DNA of 64,000 bases, taken from the NCBI GenBank assembly GCA_051294905.1, contig CM119372.1, positions 28,584,001 through 28,648,000 on the forward strand, in the 5' to 3' direction. Source of the DNA: Botryllus schlosseri (Eukaryota). Positions within the stretch are counted from its first letter, which is position 1. The number at the start of each line of letters is the position of its first letter. Below, in pieces: positions 37,463 to 49,358 of this stretch. Under the pieces are notes generated by a model. The model was not told the origin of the DNA and did no database searches. It saw only the letters and a list, made by a program, of their open reading frames with translations. Both the position numbers and the translations under genes were made by a program.

Positions 37463-40400
37463 ACTATAAGCACCACTGTCCTATACCTTATCAAAACCAT
37501 ACAATACAATCTGGTATCGCTGCGTTCATACAAATCCCGGTGGATTTCCAGCGGATTTGATTGTCGCTATTGTTCATTTTCTGGAGAATGCAGTGCAACC
37601 TGTACTCACTCTCCAATGTATGCATTTAATATCCTGTAATCGAATACCGCTATGGAACATGAGTAGGGCATTGTGATGTGAGGCGTTTCATTTAGAACTG
37701 TGTTTTGTCTCATAGGATATGCTCTTACGAGTATCTATATTCTTCGGTGTGTAATTTTTACAATGCGTCGTTCAGTGCATTCATAATAAATTGATTTCAA
37801 TACAGAATACCTTCCGGATTAGTAAAGCTGTGGTATAGAATAAAATCTGTAACGGATATGATATGAATCGTGACTAATGTATCATAATAAACGAAATTGT
37901 GGCGTTTTCCATTCACAAGATTTTTTTTCAAATCTTATAGGACGATTCCCATTAGGTTGTACAGTATCGTAGATGCGAGATCGCGGATGTCTTATTCAGA
38001 AATTATACGCTTACGGAGTACGCTTACGGCAACCTGGAAGCCTTTGAGGAGCCCAAAATTTTCTCAGAGTCACAAGAACTAAAATCGACTACATTACACA
38101 TCTAACTACAGTCTACACATACTATGGGTTACTGGTGGACAAAATGAACTGTGTATCAAGAGTGTTAAATGAACAAAACCCCTAAAGTAGATTTTCCCAC
38201 TAAACGAAAACATTATAACGAACAGTTATTGAGAATCAGTGTAACTACCTAATCCTGATTATAAATATTGCACATAGAATCGGCATCTCGGAAAGACGGA
38301 CTTTTGATTTCGAAGCCTAACCTTTCGTGAGTATATGCCATTTAACACAGCGTATCATCACAACATTCCCAGGTCAACTATGGACCGCGCCTAATTGCCT
38401 GCAGCCAATGATGTACAAGCGAGGCGCGTTATCACTTGTCATATGTATAGAGTTGCGTGTGTCTTAGCCTCCTCGGTTCCATGAGACTAGCTCAAGGAAA
38501 ACTGTGAATTATTCTACAAGGAAATATAATATTATTTTGATGTTTAACATTGGCTACCCCAATGGAGGTTCGACAATAACAATTAGAAATGCTTTTACAC
38601 TCGGTGTTCTTCCTGGAAATAGCACTGCGGAGACGACCACGGTGGAATAGCAACATTAGGGTCGGACTAAAATTAAGACCGACGTATATGCCACTGAGGC
38701 CGAATCAATGCACGCCTTTACACATTATGCGCAAAAACGAACAATGTAACCTACTTTATATTCCAGTGTCGTGGTAATTTTTCAGTAAAAATATCATTCT
38801 ATCTGCCAAATAAATACATTACAATTCCGCCGTTGTCACAAAAACCACCATGCATTAATTTAGGCGCTGTGCACTAAAAGTCAGTTTATTGAAGCGTGTC
38901 CTACAGGTCCGAGTTTACCAATAAATTTGTACCAATTTATTGTCTTTATTCCATTCGAAGGATTGGAATAAGTCGTTACAAAGTATCATTGAGACGTGAC
39001 GGTGGTGATTCATAAATTATTCGTCAAGTCAATATCTTATAAGAGAGAGGTTGTAAACTTCAGTCATCAATTTCGTTTGAACCGTGGTACAAAATTACAT
39101 TATTGTGTCTCGAATATCTAGCTGAAAAGTTGGTTACGAGGGTTGAATAGGAATGATGTAATGCACTACATTACTTTCACTGTACGCGGCCATACGACCG
39201 TACCGGTACATCACGTGCTGCCATGTCAAGAGTCCCCCTGTTATATGCACTAGCTCAGATGGAATGCCTGTTGATCCATAGAGTAGTATCGTATGCACAT
39301 TCTGACCAATGGTGCAGAACCCGATGTGCATCATTCGGGTCACGAAATAACAAATAACATCGTGTAACGAAGTCGTACCAACGGGTCCGCCCGTCCGAAT
39401 ATGTTTAATTATTATTTTCGGGCCCTACAGTTTCCAAGACACATCACTCAGCTCTACCCGTAAATCTCATTACGTGAGCAGAGAGGACAGTAACCATCTT
39501 ATTGATCTATTTTATTTTGAATTTTCGAAAATTTTCGCGCTCCGCGCTGGCTCACTAAACGGGGAGCCTGATTTCGTGGCAGAAGCGAACAACGGCACGG
39601 GGGGTCGGTTTATGACCCTATGGAAGCTCAAGACCCAAGTGTTCTGGGGGGCCTGACGAAGTGCTGTTTCGTTCCTGCCACCGGGTATACGGCCGAAGAT
39701 GTTTAATTATTATATTGAGCGGTCCTACCTTTTCAAAGACAACTCACTCGGCTCAACCGGTCAATCTGATTACGTGAGCAGAGAGAGGATAAAAATTGAA
39801 ACCAATATATATGCAATTCTCGATTATATTGACCGATTCAATCATGAATTCTATAAATTTTTCGCGCTTCGCGCGACTTGTCGAGAGAAGCTGCCTGAAA
39901 CGGACACCGATTTAGATCATGAATTGCGGTGAACAACCATCTAGCCTGAGGGGGTCTGGGGGCTTCGAAGTTCGGTTTATCACCCTATGGGGGGCCCAAG
40001 AGAAACGTTTTTTTGGGGGGGCTGACGAAGTGCTGTTACGGCCCTGGGTATTGATAACTAATTTACGGATAGATGTGCAACAAGTGACTCACGATTGAAT
40101 ACGCCGAGATGCGTACTGATAAGCCGACAGAAAGCAGCATAATTGGTAGTCCTATAGCTCGCGACCCAAGCGTCCGAATAATTTGATATGTCGGTGTTTA
40201 TCGAAAGCAAGTGTCGCACTGATTCCTAAAATACGAATTGAAATCTCGCCAGAGCAATAAAACTACTCCGAAATAGCCAGCAAAGGTTGATTGTTCTGAA
40301 CAACGGGAGCGCGGCAACACAATGGCCAATGGCGTCAATCGAATGATCGGAACAATTCCAATTTTCATATTTTGGTGACTATTTTGGGTTCCTTTCATTG

Positions 40401-41534
40401 CCCTGGTATTCGTGCGGCCCCGGTCATACTCTGAAATTCTAAATTTGGCCCTGCCATCGAAAAAGGTTGGGAACCACTGGCATAGAGGCTTGTCGAAATT
40501 CTAGTTTCAGATAGTTTCATGGCATGGAAGGTTAAGACTGTTGATAAGAAAAATATGAAATTCGAACTATATATAGAGTAACAAGTATATGATTAAGACG
40601 TAAATCACGCGCAGTGCGAAAAAAATTCGGTCGACCGCTGCTTTGCGCCCGCCTTCTGATGCTTCCACGCCCCCCCAGTTTGAGAACCACTGCGCCGGAG
40701 ATTTCTTCGAATTTTTGAAATTATGTGCAAAAATAATTCTAATCTATAGCAAACGCTCAATAATCTAAATCGGGCTCGATGTGAAGTTTGTACATTTGAC
40801 AAATCAAAATTGCTCTCATGCCCGCAATCAATATCCCCCGCTATTCGCTTTACCCGACATATTGCGTGCCTTGCAGGCTAAATTCGGTTTTGCACAATAC
40901 GTATATTGATCGCAGAGAAGAGCAGTGATGGAGATGCCTGTGTGACAATGCAGTTTTCAAATCCTCGTTGTCTTCCTAATCACAAGCGAGAAATGAACTC
41001 CTTAAGAAGTCATGTTCATGTTCACGTTTACAAGTTCGAATTACAAACATACTCATCCAGGCATCCACATTGCGATTGTTACGTATCGTGCCGGCACCGC
41101 CGGTAAAATGTAGGCTCGGGGCGCAACGTTACGTTACAGGCGACGAATTTGAGAATTGAGAAGTAAAATTTATTAATTCATATCAGTTAACAAATTTCCC
41201 CGCCTGTTGAGGGTATTATCCCGGTTTGTTGGAACTATAATTGAAATGCGGGTGGCTCTGCCAGTAGCACTATTGAGGTATTACTATCCTCACACGTGAT
41301 ATTACACGATATGCGTGGAAATGCTTTCGGCATTCTAGTATACGCCTCTACGCCTCCGCATTTGTTAGTGGCGATCGTGATTGGCCTCTTTGACGCGACG
41401 GTTAATTACATCGACAATGTGGTTGTGTGCAGACTTTAATGTCAAGCAAATCTTTTGAAATTAAGCGCAGCCCGAAGTTTAAACGAGATCGCAGCAGGCA
41501 AGTTATGTGGTAGCATGAGGTAATTGCTGAAAAT

Positions 41535-41680
41535 TCAAAACCTCACACGGAAGCGGAGAAAGTTCTTCATCCGGCCTGCACTAAAATTTTGACAAAATGT
41601 CTGGGACCAAAGCTGAGGAAGAATTGAAAACGATTCCCATGTCAAATGATACCGGTCGTAGACGTATTTGTGACATGCCC
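41535..41680 (+). pseudogene. Charlie/ZBED5-like hAT transposase fragment
   Basis: KPHTEAEKVLHPAC...EELKTIPMSNDTGRRRICDM matches the KPHTIGE...IPLSNNTVSRRI motif. Confidence 0.7.
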
Positions 41681-42125
41681 GCAGAGATAAAAGATGCCCT
41701 CATTTCTTTGAAGCAGAGCAAAGCTTACTTGACTGCTCCGAAAAGGTAGAAGTACTTCGATCAGAGACGATCTCTGTACGACTGTGGTTGCTGCTAAATA
41801 TTCTGTTAGTTTGCCGGTGCTGTAGGCCAAAAAAATGCTTAGAACTACTGTGCTAGTGTGCCGCGAACTATTTTTCACTTTCAAAGGTCGCAACGAGGTG
41901 AAAAGGGTTAATAACCACTGTACCAAACTATACACGAAATTCACCTCGCGTGATCAGTAAAAGCAAATTGATCTGCGATAGATATGGGATCAAAAATATT
42001 TAGTAATATTTGATCCTGCTACAGCCTACCCTCGCACAGCATTAAACCCACAAATTTGAACCATGTATCTTCAGGAAACCAACATTGACAGACAAACTCT
42101 TACGCTAGAATTCATTTACCTAGAC

Positions 42126-42245
42126 CAGACCTGGGCAAAGTGTGGCCCGCGGGCCAAATGCGACCCGTGAAGCTATTCTGTGTTGCCCACCAACGTATTT
42201 TCTACTTCTCATTCGGCCCACGGAGGAAAATAATTGCCACCCCTG
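42126..42245. mobile_element. 120-bp Charlie-type MITE
   Basis: Perfect TSD ACCTAGAC; ends shared with 34830-36191. Confidence 0.9.
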
Positions 42246-43003
42246 ACCTAGACGAAGAAAAATAAACCCCATGGGCACCGTACGGATAACATACGGAGTT
42301 TAGAGCTTGACGGCATCCGCAATATCTTACTTGAATATGTCGCTGCATCGAGAGAAAATACCGCAATTCAAATAAAAAAAAGTCAACAGAGCCTACCGAA
42401 CGAACAACTAAAGACGTCTTTATCCATTTATCATGGATTCGTCCTATTTCCACCTGCTTCCAAAAGCAATTGATTTCTGCGCTCAGTGAGTGTTACGACA
42501 CAGTTAAAACTATCATGATATATTCTGTTTGCGCGAAAAATTATCGAGATGACAGGTTTCGCGTCGTCAGGAAAAGGAGAAGCCGTTCGCACTTTCATAT
42601 GTATGACTTGAAGTCTGTTTTTATCAAAACACGCCAACATCGTTTGTGCCAACAGCAGTACTTCGTGTACCAAGTGAAAGTAGTACACTGAAGTAAAGCG
42701 ATCACTTCATATTTTGAAATTTTATGCTTATGACGTCATATTGGGTGCTGACAATTACCCCCGATGTGTGTCATCCCAAAATACCCCGCTTTATTGCAAT
42801 ATGAATATACTATTGAATTCGGTATTGTAGAACGAAGTGTCTTGGTTACTTAGATACAACGCAATAATCGTTATCCGCCTACTGTTAAACAAGCTCCTAA
42901 AATCCGGTTGGCAAAATAATACAAAAGCCCTATTGTCTACTTCGTTTTCAATGTAATGACTAACATATGGAATCTAATGGTACATATTTCCTTAATATTA
43001 GAA

Positions 43004-43062
43004 TATAAGGCGGCATCTTACAACGAATTTCACTCGTCTGTTTTATTCGACTGCTGTGTATG
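43004..43062 (+). promoter_or_regulatory. Putative core promoter and non-coding exon 1 of the peptide precursor gene
   Basis: TATAAG at 43004-43009, Inr-like TCACTC at 43030-43035 (about 28 nt downstream), donor G|GTAAAA at 43063, and acceptor TTTTATCACGCATACAG ending at 43483, 34 nt before the ATG. Confidence 0.55.
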
Positions 43063-43517
43063 GTAAAAAATGTGCGCAGTAGCAATGTGTGTAATAGCAA
43101 TAGTTTGAATAAAGGTTTGGCTATGTGATATATAGCTGAACTGAGTATTCAATGATAACTCAATAATTTCTGGTAGACGTTCGTTTTATATTCTTTCAAT
43201 AATCTCAGAAGCTGTCGCTGTACTCTGTCACTCGGTTTGAAGTGGCATGCAGATATTTCTACTTATACTTCAAACTTGTCCAAATGCTAAATTCGTCATT
43301 AGTCGATGTTCATGTTCTTCAAGTTTATCGGTCATCAACATAGTTTACTGTCAGCATTTCTTATGGAGTGGACTATGCCGGTCCTATACATTTCACCTGC
43401 ACGGTGTACATACACGACAGTGTCAATTATCTCATTTATCCCTCTATCTCCAAGACAACTCCATTGTTTTATCACGCATACAGATAGGAGATTTGAATTT
43501 GAAAAATAACTGACGAT

Positions 43518-44731
43518 ATGAGGGGACTAGTACTTGCAACTTTTCTGGTGCTGGCTATGGTGACATCGAGCCATGCATGGCTTCATGTTCACTTTCATTT
43601 TGGGTAAGATTTATCAATATACATATCTTCTATCATAATTGATCTTTGGAAACGCCTCGCACATTGCTCCAAACGCCTACCCCATTCCATATAACAGATT
43701 TATGACATCATCAATATTGGTCGGTCGTTTAAATTCACTAACAAGCGACCCTCACGTTCCGACATAACCCATATGCGATTGCTAGATCGAGCAGAAGTTG
43801 AAAGCAAAATGAATAGGCGCTGTGTGACGCTTTATTTACTCCGTTTCGTTATAAGGCCGGAAAAGATTGACCTGACTCCCCGCACTTACGATCTTAATTC
43901 TTATTAAGACACTATTACTTCAATCGAGTCGCAGTGATTCGTGACATTGGCAAAATACTTTTCCACTTTCCATAGGTGCTATTAATGTCCACTTAATTTA
44001 CTAGGGTTAATGTTTGCTTACTTTGCAGGGATGAAGCGGGAGAGCCTGGCGAACATGAAAAGCCGGAGGAGCACGAGGGTGAGAGGCATGAAGATGTACA
44101 TTTTCACTGGCGTCCTGCGAGTAGGAGGTAAGATTCAACGATATATAAATATGTGAATTGTACCATTGTACAAAGATTGTATCGGTCGAAACATCTCGTA
44201 CATTACCTTAGATGCCTCATCTATTCCTCGCACCAGATATAGTCACCGTCAATATGATTTGGTATAGGTCGCTGACGACCAACCGAGGGATCGTCAGCGC
44301 ATTCTGGTAAACCAGAAGTTGAAACTAAAATCAGAGGGAGCTCTGTGACATGTTATTTGCCTTGTTCTGTTATCAGACTGGAAGAGATTGTGCTACCTCG
44401 TCTTAGAAACTCATAATTTTCATCATTGAGGCATTATCATATTAAAGGCACGCGAGTTTCGGGACAATGGCTTAATACTTTTGCGCATTCCAGATGCCAA
44501 TGTGTCCACCTAATTTACGAGGGTCAATGTTTGCTTACTTTGTAGAGATGAAGAGGGAAAGCACGAGGAGCACGAACATGAGAGGCATGAAGATATTTCA
44601 GGTATTATTCCATATTGTTTCTAAAGATAATGCAAATCCATCATTTTCGCTATACCCTATTCACAGCCATGCTGAGGGATATCATCCAGCAACATCGTAA
44701 CGACGGGAATGCGGCAAACTCCTTTCAGTAG
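43518..44731 (+). CDS. Spliced secreted His-rich peptide precursor, plicatamide-like (101 aa); coding exons 43518-43603, 44029-44127, 44546-44601, 44667-44731
   Basis: Manual splicing at GT-AG sites with consistent phases (2,2,1) gives MRGLVLATFLVLAMVTSSHA|WLHVHFHF-G-DEAGEPGEHEKPEEHEGERHEDVHFHWRPASRR-DEEGKHEEHEHERHEDIS-AMLRDIIQQHRNDGNAANSFQ*. Signal peptide is hydrophobic and ends S-H-A. Donors GTAAGA, GTAAGA, GTATTA; acceptors TTTGCAG, TTTGTAG, TTCACAG. If the last 65-nt intron is retained, the ORF ends ...DISGIIPYCF* at 44624. Confidence 0.85.
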
Positions 44732-45070
44732 GAAGAATGCAGTCTTGATTTAATATCTCAAACCGGCGCAATCATCGGATGTGATTAAGAATAGAAAAAA
44801 TACATCATGTAATTCAAAGCAACGTGATATATTTGCTTCCTACCTTCGGGTGTTCTATGAAGGACTGAAATATTTCTGAAATGGGTTATGACAGAGAGAG
44901 AGAGAAAGCATTTATTTTCATCCAACCGAAATACCCAACAAACTGGCAGCAATAACAGTGGTACAGAAAATAGGCACGTACTGGATACGGTATTAAATAG
45001 GAATGGTCGATCCGACCTTTCATATAAACTATATAGTCTGATCCCACCCGCTTCAAACATGCCTCTACAC

Positions 45071-46175
45071 CAGGGGTGGGCAAACTACGGCCCGCGGGCC
45101 GCATGCGGCCCGCAACACCGTTCTGTGCAGCCCGCGAGAGTCTAAAAAAAGTTTTTTTTAAATATTGATAAAATGCAGTGGTTCTCAAACTTGGGAGCGT
45201 AAAAGCATCAGAAGTGGGGCGCAAAGCTGAGCTCAACTGAAAAAAATGTTCGCGCTCCGCGCGATTTACCAACAATTTCATGATTCTTGCTCTGTATTTA
45301 GTTTGAATTTCACATTTAAAAATCTCTCATCCATAGTCGTAACCTTCCATGCCATCAAACTATCCGTTAGGTTTGCTATATAGCAACCTTGTTGCATTTT
45401 GTGATATGACGGTGAGGGGTCGCGAAATCTTTCATCATTATAAGGGGGAGGGGGCGTATCTTAATAAGTTTGAGAACCACTGTGCTAAGGTAAATACTTC
45501 CTATATTATTTTTGATGTTTAATTTCTGGCGTGACAGCTTGATCTCAAGGCCCACACAGTTTGAAAGGTTTCAACTGCTAAACATCACAGATATCCTAAA
45601 CGAGATTGACATAATTCGGATCACGAGTAGAATTTCAGATTGGCCACTCCAGTTTTATTTATTTTAGTGATGTGCTTATAAAAAACGATTCGCGCGTATC
45701 TTAGGTAGATTCGTTCTCTGTATGCGTAGAATTGGGGCATTTATATTTTATCTACACATAGTAAAAGCGTGTTTGAAGCTACCATGGTTATGATTCTGTG
45801 AGCATTGTGTGTCCTGGAACTGAACCAAAAGATAAATTAGTAAATCTATGAACAGATCGCTGCTCACAGATTTAAATTTCAATCCTGTTCTAAGAATCGG
45901 GACAACCGACTTTCATCTCTATAGTTTTGACAAATTGGTTATTGAGCTCGACCAGACTATGAAATCTCGCCACTATCTTTCTGACGCGTGTACGATATCA
46001 CCAAAGCAATGTTTGGTTTGTTTCAAATAAGCACATATATTATCTCCATGTCCTCACTATATAATCAAATACCAATATTGCGTTTTGGTTTATAGTCCCA
46101 TTTTATATAGTGCGGCCCGCGAATGGATTCAGATGTTGAATGCGGCCCGCGAGCTTAAAAGTTTGCCCATCCCTG
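45071..46175. mobile_element. Charlie-type non-autonomous element with nested MITE 45176-45482
   Basis: TIR CAGGG(G/A)TGGGCAAAC; perfect TSD CTCTACAC at 45063-45070 and 46176-46183. Confidence 0.9.
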
Positions 46176-46242
46176 CTCTACACAGACAATTTTGACCATC
46201 AGGTTGGAGTACAGCAGTACAGGCTCGGATTCACATACAAGC

Positions 46243-46425
46243 AAGGCTGTAGAGTCGCTAGATTTTACTACCGACTCCAAAATCCGACTCCGACTCCAGG
46301 CGTTTTCATTATACCGAATCCAACTCCGACTCCACGTCCACACATATTCAATATACCGACTCTGATTCCGGCTCTGACTCCGACTAGTTTTTCAAGATAA
46401 CTCCGACTCTGACCCGACTCCAACG
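46243..46425. repeat. (CCGACT)n subterminal array of a MITE; a related (CCGGCT)n array lies at ~52165-52325
   Basis: Repeated CCGACTCC / CCGGCTCC units. Confidence 0.65.
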
Positions 46426-47201
46426 GTATTACCAATTTACTTCAAAAATTAGATGTCCCAGTGACGGTTAAATGACTATCAATAACCATTAGGCATGTGC
46501 AAACATATGATTAACGATGGCATACAAAGTTGTTTCATTGTGACACAAAAGTATTCTTTATGCAATTAACATGGAAGAATGCCTTTCGAAATATCCTTCC
46601 TTTTTCATGTTTTATAACATGGACTCTCTAATGCCCTTATCTGTATGAATCATTCAACGATGACATAGATCCAATCCTGTATCAATAAAATGTAGATAAA
46701 ACAATCTTGGTGTAGCTCTTGTGTATGAGTCGGCAACTAATACGGCATGTAACTTACTAATTTTCTCATTACACACTATACTGATTACAAGCACACACAC
46801 TCTCGCTACTAGTAAACATTCGTCAGAAACGAAATTTGGGAAGTAGTCAAATAGCTTATGTCTATCTACATGCACTTAGTCAAGTATTCAAGGAATAGGA
46901 CTTGCAGTCTTTCTTAGTCATTTGTTCGACCCAAGCAACTGAACTACACTACAGATATTTTTAATTTTGTCCAGTGGGAAGCAGCGTAGGGTGTGTGGCC
47001 ATGGACATTGAAGATGTTCGACATTTGCTGTCTTGAGGGATTATTTAATGGAAGTATCAAGTATAAAAAAAAAATTGAACATTAGTTACACATCTGCCAG
47101 ATAATATAAACATTCCTTAATTTCCTCAGAATTGTGTCGCGAGCCGGATGCGGCCCGCGAGCCACATGTTTGATACAACTGGTGTACTATACACTGTACA
47201 G

Positions 47202-49094
47202 TAGGGTTGTTCAGATTTGAAAAATTGTCCGGAAACTGCGTTCGCCGTATTCCAAATGATAGTTTAGTATATAAAAACACTTTTATACGCGATTTTGGTC
47301 ATCTTCATCCTGACCTTCCTTCCCCTCACAGCCCCCAAAGATCCACTGGGCAATTCTCCTTACTATACGTGGTATGTATGGTTGACTATGTCACCGGTTT
47401 ATTGCTTTGTGACGTTATCAGATGAAAATGGCAGTTTGGAGATAGGATTTTGCAATAAAATAAATATGTTTTTAAAATTGTACTTAAATGCAGTCCTATA
47501 GAGGCCACATGCATCTCAGTTTTGCTCTGCACAACCTGTCTATCATGTGAATGGGAAGCATGTCTTGGTTGCACGGTAGACAATAGACATCGACTTGTTT
47601 TGAATCGTACATTGAAGAAGCGCCGTTGGGTTGCAAGTCGAGAACAAATGCAGATATTTTCTGCTAGTTTTCAGCCTGAAGATATTATATACTGGTATTT
47701 AATGTCAGTAATACTTTTCTGAACTTCAAATAATCTGTAAAATTCCGAGTTATCTTGTTTTATGGTAGACTGCAATTAGGTTGAAGAAGATTGTGTGAAA
47801 CAAAGCGGAGAAGGGTTTTTCTGGACCCATCCTGAACAAGATTCAAGTCTGCTCACTATATGGTCTGATATTCTGGTCCCTATTTGGTCGGATATTCATC
47901 TGAACGTATTAGTCACTCCAAGGCACCTACTCTAGATCAGGTTCTACAGTATTTACTATATCTAAAAGAAAATTGCCATAAGACTGCCACAACGCAGGTC
48001 TGTGTTCTTCTAAGTTAGAAGTTAGTTTAGGTTGCCAAAGTATAGATTAGAACAAGAATACCTATAAGGCAAGCGCAGAACATTGTGTAGATGCATTGTT
48101 TCACACATTCGTCAACTAAATTGCAGTCTACTATGGCGCGCTTCGGCACGCTGTCTGAGTATATAGACTACGTCGCGTTCCCTCTAGGGTCCGCAACAGC
48201 GAGTCGGCGGGTACGTTGGCTAGCACTTTATTGTACGACAGAAAACATCAGCGGACTGACGGTAAAACATCGGATAAGATAAACAGCGTTGGTCGTACAG
48301 CGACGGTCGATCGTCAGATAAAAAGGCGGCGGCACTCGTCATGTAAAAAGGCGGCAGCACTTTTCAGGTAAAAAGGCGGCAGCACTTGTCAGGTAAAAAG
48401 GCGGCATGTATCTAACGAAGGTCTTCTTTAAATAGTCAAAATCCAGACAGATTCGCGCACAACGATCAGCAATGATGGATAATTGATGATCCGACGTCGA
48501 GAGGGTATGTGCAGTACACCAATCCACCATACTACAATAAAATAAGATAACTCGGTATTTTACCTATGATTTGAAGTTTGGAAAAGTATTACTGACATTA
48601 CATACCTTTAAATAATATCTTCTGGCTGAAAACTAGCAGGAAATATTCGCATTTGTTCTCGAATTGCAACCCAACGGATCTTCTTCAATGTACGATTCAA
48701 AACAATTCGATGTCTACCGTGCAACCAATACATGCTTCCCATGAACATAATAGACAGGTTGTGCAGAGCAAAATGGAGATGCAAATGGCCTTAATAGGAC
48801 TGCATTTAAGTACTGTACAATCTTGAAAACATATTTATTTCATTGCAAAATCTCATCTCCACGCGGCCGTTTTCAACTGGTAACGTCACAAAGCAATAAA
48901 CCTGTGACATGGTCAACAATGCAGATCCAGTATTTAGGAGAATTGCCCCGTGGATCTTTGTGGACTTTGAGTTGAAGGAAGATCAAGATGAAGATGACCA
49001 AAATCGCGTAGAAAAGTGTTTTTATATAGTAAACTATCATTTGGAATACGGCGAACGAAGTTTCCGGACAATTTTTCAAATCTGAACAACCCTA
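47202..49094. mobile_element. 1.89-kb foldback (long-TIR) element, second family
   Basis: Inverted arms of ~520 bp; termini TAGGGTTGTTCAGATTTGAAAAATTGTCCGGAAAC; perfect TSD CTGTACAG at 47194-47201 and 49095-49102; 25-bp tandem repeats at ~48316-48407 in the spacer. Confidence 0.93.
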
Positions 49095-49358
49095 CTGTAC
49101 AGCATTAAAGCACTGACTGGGCATTTAAATACCGGTACTGCGTTCGTTAATATCAAGTCATACACTCGAATTCAATCTGGGGTGATTATTCAAGTGTAAC
49201 TGCAGCAAGAGCTGTATGAGCGCGTGTTGCGACCTTATCATTACACATCCGCTTCCTACTAAACACCCAACGATTTGAATATTCGATATTGGTGCGCTCG
49301 TTGCCAATCCGTCCGGTGTCGATCAAGTTTACTGGAATAAAGAAGGTTCCCCACCAAG

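Noticed and set aside
37470..39350. Possible host exons in apparently unique sequence
   Set aside because: Isolated splice-like sites exist, but no consistent open, phase-compatible exon chain or recognisable protein was found
41005..41040. SHVHVHVY in ORF 40906-41106 as a paralog of the His-rich peptide
   Set aside because: No signal peptide or exon structure; the region is homologous to repeat sequence at ~20630-20710, where the motif is absent
44494..44700. ORF-track 68-aa ORF as a gene
   Set aside because: It is an out-of-frame read across an intron and exons of the spliced precursor gene
48316..48407. 25-bp repeats (TAAAAAGGCGGCAGCACT...) as CRISPR or iterons
   Set aside because: Simple tandem array inside a foldback element spacer
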